40,296 nucleotides of DNA from the IMG/VR virus record IMGVR_UViG_3300037851_000175, positions 1 through 40,296 of that record, one strand, 5' to 3'. The position numbers and the translations under genes are program-made. The notes beneath the pieces were generated by a model. It saw only the letters and a program-made list of their open reading frames with translations, searched no databases and was not told the origin of the DNA. Source of the DNA: a virus (Duplodnaviria > Caudoviricetes). Shown here one piece after another: positions 17,768 through 26,989 of the stretch (position 1 is its first letter; every line of letters starts with the position of its first letter).

Positions 17768-17797
17768 GCGGGGTGGCGCAAGTCACCCCGCACTTTT
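17768..17797 (+). terminator. Intrinsic terminator/attenuator after the capsid gene
   Basis: GCGGGGTGGC-GCAA-GTCACCCCGC hairpin with GNRA loop followed by ACTTTT. Confidence 0.7.
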
Positions 17798-17814
17798 CCA
17801 AGGAGACACCGAAC

Positions 17815-18141
17815 ATGGCCAAAGCAGCTCACCTTTCCGGCATCCACGTCAGCCCGTCGCCTGGCGGCGGCACCGATATCAAGCGCATCAAGAAATACTC
17901 CGTCACCGTCGATCTCACGTCCTGCACGGCCGCGACCACGAACGTGCAGACGGCCTCGGTCACCGGGCTCAAGTCGGGAGACCTCATCCTGGTCCAGCGT
18001 CCGTCCGGTCTCAACGCCGGGCTGAGCGTCGATGCGGCGTGCTACGCCGACGACACGCTCTCACTCATCATCAACAACGCAACGGCCGGCGCACTCGATC
18101 CTGCTTCGGCGGTTTTCGAGATCCTGGCGTTCAGCTTCTAA
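17815..18141 (+). CDS. Small virion (head fibre/decoration-like) protein
   Basis: AAGGAG RBS; beta-rich domain VTGLKSGD...PSGLNAGL...DDTLSL..NNATAGALDPASAVF. Confidence 0.7.
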   Translation: MAKAAHLSGIHVSPSPGGGTDIKRIKKYSVTVDLTSCTAATTNVQTASVTGLKSGDLILVQRPSGLNAGLSVDAACYADDTLSLIINNATAGALDPASAVFEILAFSF

Positions 18142-18157
18142 CGGAGGGCACGGCGCT

Positions 18158-18397
18158 ATGAACCAGACCGCCGAACGCTCCGCCACGAAGGCCTTTGCGA
18201 TCACGCCACACGACACCAACCGTCTCACGCAGCCGACGCGATTTCTCGCCGTCGGCGTGGCCGGAACCGTCACCGTGGATATGCTCGAGACCGGAACGTC
18301 GATTCAGTTCACGCTTCCCTCGGGTATTCATCCGTTACGCGTCACGAAAGTGTACGCGACGGGCACCGCGGCCACCGGCCTGGTCGGACTCGTCTAA
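18158..18397 (+). CDS. Head spike base protein (RcGTA Rcc01079-like)
   Basis: AFAITPHDTNRL..PTRFLAVGVAGTVTV...HPLRVTKVYATGTAATGLVGL matches the family pattern; GGAGG RBS. Confidence 0.8.
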   Translation: MNQTAERSATKAFAITPHDTNRLTQPTRFLAVGVAGTVTVDMLETGTSIQFTLPSGIHPLRVTKVYATGTAATGLVGLV

Positions 18398-18409
18398 GGA
18401 GGCTCGCCC

Positions 18410-19273
18410 GTGGCCAAGACTTGGGGCCAGATCCGGCTCGAACTGCATCAACAGTTCCCCACCATTCACCTCGACCTGCTCTCCTCCTGGATCCAGCAGG
18501 CGTACGAGGCGATCCTCGATTCGCGGCCGTGGGAGGCTCTCCGCGCGTTCGGAGTGTTGACCACGGTCGCACCGTATCAGGACGGCGCCGCGTCCTTCAC
18601 GAACGGAAGCTACACGGTCACGGGCAACGGGACGGCCTGGTCCGCGGCAATGGCTGGTCGGAAGATCCGGCCCCGCGAAGTGGATGACTACTACACCGTC
18701 ATGACCGTGGACTCGGCGACGCAGATCACGCTTGACCGTGCATACGCCGGAGATTCGCTCGCCGGCGCGGCATACGAGATCTTCCAGGACGAGTACCCGC
18801 TCGACATCACGGTCAAGTCGGTGCTGACGCTCAGCCCGCCGTACTGCGACCCGCAGGGGCCGTCCGCGGCGATCCGCGACACGCTGCGCTCCATCGTGAG
18901 CGTGCCGGCCATGTGGTGGCCGGTGGAGGACTATCCGTCTCTCCCTGTGGTGCGGAAGGTCCAGTTGTGGCCTATTCCCGACGCGGTGTACTCGATCCCC
19001 TACGAATACACGCTCGCGGTCTACGGCTTCGATGGCTCGAACACGCAGGACTCGCCCATGGCGTTCATTCATACGGCGGCGATCACCGACGCGGTGCGGG
19101 CAAAAGCGTACGCGCACCTCGGGCAGATGGGCCAAGCCGAGAGCGCGAAGGTAGAGATGCTCTCGGCGAGACAGGACATGGGTATGGCTGACACGGCGGA
19201 GCGCGGGCCGTCGGTGCTGCGGTTCGCTCCGTGGATGACGCGCCACGCATTCATGCGCGGGAGGAGAGGATGA
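18410..19273 (+). CDS. Head-tail adaptor/ring protein with an inserted beta domain
   Basis: TAAGGAGG RBS; KTWGQIR..., QLWPIPDAVYSIPYEY adaptor motif; insertion GAASFTNGSYTVTGNGTAW...VDSATQITLDRAYAG. Confidence 0.72.
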   Translation: MAKTWGQIRLELHQQFPTIHLDLLSSWIQQAYEAILDSRPWEALRAFGVLTTVAPYQDGAASFTNGSYTVTGNGTAWSAAMAGRKIRPREVDDYYTVMTVDSATQITLDRAYAGDSLAGAAYEIFQDEYPLDITVKSVLTLSPPYCDPQGPSAAIRDTLRSIVSVPAMWWPVEDYPSLPVVRKVQLWPIPDAVYSIPYEYTLAVYGFDGSNTQDSPMAFIHTAAITDAVRAKAYAHLGQMGQAESAKVEMLSARQDMGMADTAERGPSVLRFAPWMTRHAFMRGRRG

Positions 19274-21132
19274 AACATCTGATCGTACTTCTGTTGTTGG
19301 CGGCGGCGGCAGTCTCCGCGCAGCCGACGACCAACTCTGGCTCGGTCCCGCCTCCCAGCGCAATCAATCCGAACCTCACTCCGTATGTCGTCCGGGGCAC
19401 GACCCCTCCGCCGACCGGGGGCTGCGCCCAGTGGCTCAACGGCCGTCTCGTGACGACAGGACTCGCATGCGGCAGCGGTGGCGGTGGAACGGGCGCAGTG
19501 ACCAGCGTCTTTGGTCGCGCGGGAACCGTGGTCGCGCAAAGCGGGGACTACACGACCTCGCTCGTGACGGAAGGCACTTCGCTCTACTACACCGATGCCC
19601 GCGCTCGAGCGGCTATCAGCGGGGCGGCTCCTCTGCTGTGGAACTCCGGCGCCGGCCAGATGTCCTGTCCAACCTGTCTGGTGAGCGATGGAGCGTACAT
19701 CAATCCGACCTGGCTCTCCTCAATCACGAGCAGCAAGATTAGCGACCTGGCGGCGGGAGTCCGGGCTCAGATTTCCGCGGTCAGCCCCATTGAGTTCAAC
19801 TCGGGAACGGGCGTGATCTCGTGTCCGACTTGTGGGAGTGGCGGTGGGGGTGGGGCAGTCGATAGCGTATTTGGGCGGACGGGTACGGTGGTCCAGGTGG
19901 CCGGCGACTATAACACCGATCAGATCACGGAAGGCACCAATCAGTTTTTCACCCAGGCGAGAGCCCGCGGTGCGGTCAGTGCGACGTCTCCCCTGACCTA
20001 CAACTCCGGCACCGGCGCCTTCGGCATCCAGACGGCAAGCGGAAGCCTCACCGGCGCGCTGTCCTCGGCGGATTGGAGCACCTTCAACGCAAAGCAGGCG
20101 GCGCTTCTCCCGGCCGCTCCGATCTCGGTCAACGGCGCGAATATCTCCTGTCCGACCTGTCTTGTGGGAACGGAGAACTACGTCAACCCCTCGTGGCTGA
20201 GCGGCATCGACGCGGCGATCATCTCCGGGCTCGCGGCCTCGGCGACACTGGACACCACCAATGCCAGCAACATCACGTCGGGCACGCTCGGCGCTGGGCG
20301 ATTGCCGGCGATCCCCAACATCCAGGGGACGACGGTGGAGTCGGGGTCCTTCACGGGCGATGGGCAGTTCTACGCGTATAGCACCGGCACCACGCAGCTC
20401 CGGCGGTTTGGCTTCGGCAACTTGCTCACGGTCAGCGGAACGACGGTCAATGTGGCGACAGAGAGCGTTCCGCGCTACTCGACGGGGACCTCGGTTCCGG
20501 GCAGTTGCTCGGCCTACGGAGAGTTGTTCTTCGAAACGGACCTCGGCACCGGGCTCAAGATGTACTACTGCAACGGATCCACCTACGAGCAGATCCAGGG
20601 CACTGGCGGCGGGGGTGGCGGATCCACGGTGGGCGCGTGGAGCGGTACGGTCAACATCGGCAACCTCGTAGACGGAGCGTGCGGAGAGGCGACCTTCACC
20701 GCAACGGGCGTCCTGGCCGGTGCGATGCTGGCTCCGGGCTGGCCGTCTGGACTCGAGGCGGGGCTGTTGCCGTCGATGATCGCCTCGGCAGCGGACACGA
20801 TCAAGGTCCGACTGTGCAACCTGAGCGGAGCAGAGGTGGATCCGGCGTCTGCCACGTTCACGGCGCAGCTCGCGCAGGGATACCTCAACGCCTCCGCCTC
20901 GATCAACTTCGGCTCGATCAATGATGCGGCGTGCGCCACCAACACGCTCACGGTGACGGGAGCGGCGACAGGCGACAAGGTGTCTCCTGGCTGGCCGTCC
21001 GGCCTGGAGACCGGGCTCGTGGGCAGTATGCGAGTCACGGCGGCGGACACCGTGACGATTCAACTTTGCAATCTTTCCGGTAGTTCGGTAGATCCGGCGT
21101 CGGCGACGTTCGCCGCGGCGGTCATCAAGTAG
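19270..21132 (+). CDS. Fibre-like protein with N-terminal Sec signal peptide (620 aa)
   Basis: MKHLIVLLLLAAAAVSA/Q; two AV(T/D)SVFGRxGTVV...GDY...TEGT..(Y/F)T.ARAR fibre repeats; three SCPTC; two C-terminal PSGLE.GL...DPASATF domains. Confidence 0.8.
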   Translation: MKHLIVLLLLAAAAVSAQPTTNSGSVPPPSAINPNLTPYVVRGTTPPPTGGCAQWLNGRLVTTGLACGSGGGGTGAVTSVFGRAGTVVAQSGDYTTSLVTEGTSLYYTDARARAAISGAAPLLWNSGAGQMSCPTCLVSDGAYINPTWLSSITSSKISDLAAGVRAQISAVSPIEFNSGTGVISCPTCGSGGGGGAVDSVFGRTGTVVQVAGDYNTDQITEGTNQFFTQARARGAVSATSPLTYNSGTGAFGIQTASGSLTGALSSADWSTFNAKQAALLPAAPISVNGANISCPTCLVGTENYVNPSWLSGIDAAIISGLAASATLDTTNASNITSGTLGAGRLPAIPNIQGTTVESGSFTGDGQFYAYSTGTTQLRRFGFGNLLTVSGTTVNVATESVPRYSTGTSVPGSCSAYGELFFETDLGTGLKMYYCNGSTYEQIQGTGGGGGGSTVGAWSGTVNIGNLVDGACGEATFTATGVLAGAMLAPGWPSGLEAGLLPSMIASAADTIKVRLCNLSGAEVDPASATFTAQLAQGYLNASASINFGSINDAACATNTLTVTGAATGDKVSPGWPSGLETGLVGSMRVTAADTVTIQLCNLSGSSVDPASATFAAAVIK

Positions 21133-21141
21133 GAGAACTCA

Positions 21142-22317
21142 ATGCGAATTGGAATTTACAAGCCCGTTCTGGTCGTGATCGCGCTGGCCTTCCTGTTGGT
21201 CTGCGTGGCGCCGTTCGCGCTCACTCAATCCCCGCCGATCCGCGTCGGCGGAACCCCGGACTACTGCGCGGACGCAGGCTCCACTGATGCCTATGCGTGC
21301 AGCCTGAGCCCGGCGATCGCGGCCTATACCAATGGGGCAAGTTATCGCTTCAAGGCGAACACAGCGAACACAGGCGCCGCGACTCTGGCCCTCAACGGCC
21401 TGACAGCAACCGCCATCGTCAAGTACACCGGCGGCGTCGCTTCGGCTCTCGCGGACAATGACATCCGCGCGGGGCAGATCGTGACCGTGGTCTACGACGG
21501 AACCAACTTCCAACTGGCGTCGATGCTCGGCAATGGCGGGGCCGGTGGAACCACCTACACCTTCCGGCATCTGCTGTCGGAGTCCGGCGGCACCGTGGAC
21601 TACGACACCATCGACGCGCGGTACTTCATCCGGCGCGATGAGTGGGTGGGGAACTCCTGGGTGGCTGCGAATATCAACGGCACTGGATCCTCGGCCGTGG
21701 TGGCGGGATCGGTCACTCATCCCGGCGTGATGCGGTCCACCTCCGGCGCGACTTCCGGCAACATGAGCGGCTGGTACTCCTACAGTTCTTCGCTTGATTA
21801 CCACCCCGGGCAGATTTGGAACTCATCCATGCCGCCGTTCCGGTTTGTCGCGGTCTGGAAAATGAACTCCACCACACAGGTCCGGTTCTTTGTTGGAGGG
21901 CAGACCACCAACAACGTCGTGGAAGCCGCAAACCGTTGGGGAATGCGGTATGACCTTGGCGGCACCCAATGCAGTGGGGCGGATACAACGAACTGGACGT
22001 GGGTCTTCACGCAGAGCGCCGGTGGCTCGGGTTGCGTCGATACAGGAGTTGCGGCAGACACTAACTGGCACACCACCTACATGTGGCGCGACACTTCTGC
22101 AAATAACAAACTCTGGATGCAGTTGGACGACGGCACGCCAGTCTCGTTCTGCCCCTCTGGCTGCACGGTCAACAGCGTCACTCCCAGCGCGTCGAACACA
22201 TACACGCTGGTGATCGCCATGGGGACGAATGAAGCGGTCGCAAAGTCTGTGGATGTGGACTACACCGCTTACGATATCGGTCCGTTCAGCGGTGCAACTC
22301 GAACTAAGAGGCCTTAA
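21142..22317 (+). CDS. Fibre/lectin-like protein with signal peptide (391 aa)
   Basis: AGGAG RBS; MRIGIYKPVLVVIALAFLLVCVAPFALT/Q; tail-fibre-type domain FKANTANTGAATLALNGL; aromatic-rich beta-sandwich C-terminus (DTGVAADTNWHT). Confidence 0.78.
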   Translation: MRIGIYKPVLVVIALAFLLVCVAPFALTQSPPIRVGGTPDYCADAGSTDAYACSLSPAIAAYTNGASYRFKANTANTGAATLALNGLTATAIVKYTGGVASALADNDIRAGQIVTVVYDGTNFQLASMLGNGGAGGTTYTFRHLLSESGGTVDYDTIDARYFIRRDEWVGNSWVAANINGTGSSAVVAGSVTHPGVMRSTSGATSGNMSGWYSYSSSLDYHPGQIWNSSMPPFRFVAVWKMNSTTQVRFFVGGQTTNNVVEAANRWGMRYDLGGTQCSGADTTNWTWVFTQSAGGSGCVDTGVAADTNWHTTYMWRDTSANNKLWMQLDDGTPVSFCPSGCTVNSVTPSASNTYTLVIAMGTNEAVAKSVDVDYTAYDIGPFSGATRTKRP

Positions 22318-25300
22318 TGCGATTCCTTTTCCTCCTTCTCCTTGTCCTCCCCGTTGCGGCTCAGGTGACAGTGGAGGACTGGGCTTGTCAAGCTCCGACC
22401 TCCGCGACGGCAGGGAACCCTACGCTGGTAACGTGCCCTGCTCCGCTTGGACACGGCTTCAGCAACTTCCGAGCCACGGCGATCATCAAGGCGTGGCCGA
22501 CCTCCGGCACGGTGACGATTGGCTCGCGGACCTATCGCTTCGTCAACGATCTGACGGGCTGCGCGGCTGGTGATGTGCGCGTGCCGGTCTCGTCTGAGTT
22601 CAGCGACAACGCGAACACCACCCAAGCCAACCGCGGAGCGTTCCTGGCCGCGGCGATCATGGCAGAGTCCGAGGCCTGGGTTCAACAGCCGAACAACGTT
22701 CCAGTGCGCTGGCCGACCACGAATATCTTCTGTCCTGGAACCACTCCTCACCCCGATGTGAACGGGTATTTCACGTTCTCGAGCTACGAACCCATCGTGG
22801 CGGTTCAGGCGAAGGTCGGCGGCGCCGCGGGCGAGCTGGCGCTCTCGCAGACTGGCGGCTTTAGCCTCCAGTATTTTGACCGCACGACAACGCTGGCCAC
22901 GATGAAGCGCCATTGGCGTGTGCGGATCGAGGGAGCGTCCGGTGGCTGGGCTGGGATCGGATCTGCTGGGCGAATCGCAGAGGTCGGCGCAGATGCGAAT
23001 ACGGTTCGTGTTCTCTACAACTCCAGTACGGCAGGCTCCTGGACTGGGCAAGCGTGGGCGATGCGGCGGATCACTTGGGATGTGTCGGGGGTCCAATACT
23101 ACGCTCACCAGAACACGGGCGATTATCCAGGCCCGACAGAGTTGTTTCTCAACGGGCTGTATGGACTGCAGATTGACGGGTGCCAACCGTCCAATACGGA
23201 GCTCGAGTGCGGCCGCGCGTTCTTCTCCCCGGACAACCAAAAAGGCTACTACGACACCGCGTACATGACGGCATCCTCGTTCACGGTTTCCGGCGGCATC
23301 GGCACAATCACGCTGGCGTCCAACTGGGCGGGAACGCGGCCGACTCCGGCGGCAGTGGATGCCCGGTTCTATCTTCGCGGCTTCCAGAAGTACCACCTTC
23401 AGTACAACATCTCGACCTATGCCGACAACGGCAGCGGCACCACGCGGGTCACGACGACGGCGGCGCACAACTGCACGGCTGGTGTGGATCAGGTCCACAT
23501 CTCGGGCGCAACCGGAGCCAATGCGCCGGCAGGTACTTACGGGATCACCGTCATCAGCACGACGCAGGTAGACCTGACGGGGAAAGCGTACGCGGCCGGC
23601 TGGAGCGGCGGCATCCTGTCGTGTAACCCGCACGGTCGGCAGGCCCAGGATGAGGCCCAGTGGTACAAAGTCACAAGCGCAACGCAATTCAAGGCGTTCA
23701 AAACCTTGACGGCGGTGGGCAATACGTTCACGTTCGCGTCTCTTCTGGCTGATGGCACCTATACCGGAAGCTGTGTACCGGCCGGAAGTTGCCTCAAGAC
23801 GGGAGTGACGGGGCCAGTAGTGATCTCCTCGCCAAAGACCGCGCCCTATCTGTACATTGTTCCCCGCAGCACGACGGCTGGAAACGACTGGTTTTATCCC
23901 ATCGACACCCTCTGGTTTCACTCCAAGAATGTTGTTCCAGAGAAAACCAACCGCCAGATTTATTGGATCAAGTGGCCATTCCGAACCCGACAGGGTACGT
24001 CGTATAACGCAAACCTGGGGACCTTTGCGCTGACGTCCAGCTCGGGCTCGAGGGCGGCTGGGCGAGCGCATTTCTATCACTATCTCAGTAATGGCTCGGA
24101 ACAGGATGAGTGGGCCAAATACTACTTCACCGGGGCCGCGTCGCACCAGCAGGGCTCTAACGGAGCGTTCCCAAACAATCCAACCACCTTTCCCGGCCAT
24201 CCGTATAACGCTCAATGGATGGGGGGCAACGATCCGAATTGGCGGTATTACGACGGATCCACAATCACTTACCTGGATGCAACGGGTGGGCCGGGGCCTG
24301 GGATGCCGGAGAACTTCTACGGCTACACGACAACCTACTTCGGCAAGATTCAAGCGATGCGCGTTGACCGGGAGCCCGACGGGTTTGTCCGGAACATGAC
24401 GCTCCACTGGCGAACGCATCTCTGGAACGGCTCTAGCTATGACGCAAACACAGGAGTCAACGTCGGATTCGACGGGCTCCAGTACGATTTCGATACGGAG
24501 TATTATCTGCGGTACTCCACCACGGGCAGTTGTAAAACGCTCGGGTGGAGCAACTGCACGACGTCTCCTGGATTCGTGAAGATCGCGGACCCAGGCGGCG
24601 GATACAAGGCGGTGGTCTGGGCGTCTCCGACGATCACTCCGCGGCCCGATACCATTTGGGTTGGCATCCGCCCGAAGGTCAAGATCCTGAGCGCGAGTCC
24701 AGACGGTCAGCCTATGTGGTTCTACGTCCGCGATGACATAGGGATCGAGGCTGGCGATACCATCACGGTCAGCGGAGCTGGTGGAAACCGCGACGGAGTG
24801 AATCGAGTGGTGGCGGAGGCGACGCCTCGGCGGATCTGGTACATTGACGAGCCCACATCAGGCGGCTGGTCAACTGGAACGGGGGCAGTCCTCAATATTA
24901 CTGCCGCGTCCGCAACCTGCACGGCGAACCTGCGGCAGGCCCACGGCATTGTACCGGGGCAGTTCATCACCGTGAGCGGAACGACGAGCGCGGCCCTTGG
25001 AGCTGGCGATCATCTCTGGCTCAACATCAAGAAGTACACCGTTGCTTCGACGCCGACGGCAACCAGCTTCACCTTCGCGTGTCCTGGCGTGGCGGATGGC
25101 GTATTCTCGACGAACCTCAGCGGGTATCGCTTTGCGATCTGGGCATACCCGGGGCTCCGCATCAACACGACGGCGACCGGCGCTCCAGCGGTGAGCGGCG
25201 GCGTCCTGGAGGCAACCTCGGAAACTACTGCGTTTACGGAGATCATGCTTGAGCCCTACGACCAGGCCCCGGCGCCTCCGCCGAACGCACCAACAAATCT

Positions 25301-26309
25301 GGCCTGCTCTGGGGTCAGTACATCTCAGACCAACTGCACTTGGACGGATGCATCGACCGATGAAACCTCGTTCCAGTTTGAGCGCGGCATCGGCAGTTCG
25401 TACACCTTCCAGGCGACGCTGGCGGCGGGAACAGTCGCCTACAACTCCACCGGCCTGGCGGAAAACACCACCTACAATCACCGCGTGCGGGCGTGCAACG
25501 CCGGCGGTTGCTCGGACTGGGCCGGGCCCGTGGCGGCGGCAACGGATCCTGTCAATCCCGTCCCGAACGCTCCGTCGGCGCTGACAGTTAACCGCATCAG
25601 CGACACGATGGCGGCGATCTCCTGGACGGACAACTCCGACAACGAGGGCGGCTTCAACATCGAAGTCGTGGGTCAAAGCAACTGGACCGCCAACGGAAAC
25701 GAAACCTCGCTCCGTATCTTGGGGCTGAGTCCGGCGACGGAGTACACCTTCCGCATACAGGCCTGGAACGGGTCGGGCACCTCGGCCTGGGCGACGGCGA
25801 CGGCAACCACCGATCAGTCAGGAACGGCGCGGATCGTGCGTTCGTTCGTGGGTGGTGCCGAGATCGCGTACGCGGCCGGCGCTTTCTCGTCCTGCACCGG
25901 GTACGCGATCCATCCGCTCGGCACCGTGGAGTCCGTCACCAACGATGAGACGGGGTACAGCCGGCGCAGCCTGTTTCTGAGTGGGCTGCAACCGGGCCTG
26001 GATTACTCCTTGGTCGTGGACTGCGGCAGCACCAGCGCGAGCCTTCGCATGACGACGCCGGCGGCTGACTCCTCCACGCTCCAGATCGCAATCGGCGGCG
26101 TGGCTCCCGCTGGCGTCGATGCGCTCTCGGTGGACTACGGCGCAACCGGGAGCCTCGGGAGCACCGCGTCTACGAGCTGCACTCCGGGGGTCTCCTGCGT
26201 GGTCGGCATCTCTGCCACGAATGGGAGCATCCTATTCACGCGGCGCCGCTGGACCTACCAGGGAGCGACGGTCCAGACGAGTGCCGTAGAGAGGACGGTC
26301 GTTCAGTGA
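22317..26309 (+). CDS. Large multidomain adhesin/fibre-like protein with signal peptide, FCCH-like beta modules and two fibronectin type III domains (1330 aa)
   Basis: MRFLFLLLLVLPVAA/Q; FN3 motifs PNAPTNL...WTDASTDETSFQFER...GLAENTTYNHRVRACN and PNAPSAL...WTDNSDNEGGFNIE...GLSPATEYTFRIQAWN. Confidence 0.82.
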   Translation: MRFLFLLLLVLPVAAQVTVEDWACQAPTSATAGNPTLVTCPAPLGHGFSNFRATAIIKAWPTSGTVTIGSRTYRFVNDLTGCAAGDVRVPVSSEFSDNANTTQANRGAFLAAAIMAESEAWVQQPNNVPVRWPTTNIFCPGTTPHPDVNGYFTFSSYEPIVAVQAKVGGAAGELALSQTGGFSLQYFDRTTTLATMKRHWRVRIEGASGGWAGIGSAGRIAEVGADANTVRVLYNSSTAGSWTGQAWAMRRITWDVSGVQYYAHQNTGDYPGPTELFLNGLYGLQIDGCQPSNTELECGRAFFSPDNQKGYYDTAYMTASSFTVSGGIGTITLASNWAGTRPTPAAVDARFYLRGFQKYHLQYNISTYADNGSGTTRVTTTAAHNCTAGVDQVHISGATGANAPAGTYGITVISTTQVDLTGKAYAAGWSGGILSCNPHGRQAQDEAQWYKVTSATQFKAFKTLTAVGNTFTFASLLADGTYTGSCVPAGSCLKTGVTGPVVISSPKTAPYLYIVPRSTTAGNDWFYPIDTLWFHSKNVVPEKTNRQIYWIKWPFRTRQGTSYNANLGTFALTSSSGSRAAGRAHFYHYLSNGSEQDEWAKYYFTGAASHQQGSNGAFPNNPTTFPGHPYNAQWMGGNDPNWRYYDGSTITYLDATGGPGPGMPENFYGYTTTYFGKIQAMRVDREPDGFVRNMTLHWRTHLWNGSSYDANTGVNVGFDGLQYDFDTEYYLRYSTTGSCKTLGWSNCTTSPGFVKIADPGGGYKAVVWASPTITPRPDTIWVGIRPKVKILSASPDGQPMWFYVRDDIGIEAGDTITVSGAGGNRDGVNRVVAEATPRRIWYIDEPTSGGWSTGTGAVLNITAASATCTANLRQAHGIVPGQFITVSGTTSAALGAGDHLWLNIKKYTVASTPTATSFTFACPGVADGVFSTNLSGYRFAIWAYPGLRINTTATGAPAVSGGVLEATSETTAFTEIMLEPYDQAPAPPPNAPTNLACSGVSTSQTNCTWTDASTDETSFQFERGIGSSYTFQATLAAGTVAYNSTGLAENTTYNHRVRACNAGGCSDWAGPVAAATDPVNPVPNAPSALTVNRISDTMAAISWTDNSDNEGGFNIEVVGQSNWTANGNETSLRILGLSPATEYTFRIQAWNGSGTSAWATATATTDQSGTARIVRSFVGGAEIAYAAGAFSSCTGYAIHPLGTVESVTNDETGYSRRSLFLSGLQPGLDYSLVVDCGSTSASLRMTTPAADSSTLQIAIGGVAPAGVDALSVDYGATGSLGSTASTSCTPGVSCVVGISATNGSILFTRRRWTYQGATVQTSAVERTVVQ

Positions 26310-26989
26310 CGTTCGGCGAACTCAAGACCGAGGTTCTGCGTGAGGCCGGGGAGAACCCGGCCCTTCCGCGTTTCTGGACTGCGACCGAAGCGGGGAACGC
26401 CATCAACCGGGCTCAGTCCGTTGCGGCCTGGCTGACGCTGTGTTTCGAAGCGGACGGGACACTGGCCCATCCCGGCGGGTTTACCGCCGTCGCCCCGGGC
26501 GCCACCTTCGCCGATTGGATTCTGCCGCTTCGTGTCCGCGTCTCCGGCTTGCGTCTGATGCCGGGCAGTTTCGAACAGTTCCGCGCGGAGAACCCACTGT
26601 GGCCTTCGCTGCCAAGTGGCGTGGCTCGATACGCGATGGAAGGCTGGAACCAGATGTGGGTGTACCCTCGCCCCGCTGCCGCTATTACCTTGGAGGTCCG
26701 GCGCGCGCGGTCGCCCATCGTGATGACGCTGGACGCGAATGTGCCAGAACTGGCTGGCGAGTACCACGGCGCACTGGTCGATTATGCGGTCTTCGCTCTC
26801 CGGGCCAAGGAGGGCGCATCCGAGTTTGCGAAAGTCTTGCCGCGGCTCCGGCGGTTCCTCGAGGCGATGGCCTCGCTCGCCGGCCAGGTCCGGCGGCGCG
26901 CGATCGCGCAGAACTACGACGTGCTGCCGTCGGAATCCTTCGTTGAATCCCTGGAGAACCCACAGTGGCTATCGACTGCAGCCAAGTAA
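26306..26989 (+). CDS. Tail adaptor/ring protein (tail tubular A / P22 gp4-like role)
   Basis: MTFGELKTEVLREAGE...FWT..E...AINRAQ; WVYPRP; PELAGEYHGALVDYAVF. Confidence 0.78.
   Translation: MTFGELKTEVLREAGENPALPRFWTATEAGNAINRAQSVAAWLTLCFEADGTLAHPGGFTAVAPGATFADWILPLRVRVSGLRLMPGSFEQFRAENPLWPSLPSGVARYAMEGWNQMWVYPRPAAAITLEVRRARSPIVMTLDANVPELAGEYHGALVDYAVFALRAKEGASEFAKVLPRLRRFLEAMASLAGQVRRRAIAQNYDVLPSESFVESLENPQWLSTAAK

Noticed and set aside
23400-25160. Ubiquitin-activating E1 FCCH-like segments as evidence of a ubiquitin-like system
   Set aside because: These small beta modules are common in phage structural proteins; no E1 adenylation, E2 or JAB genes are present
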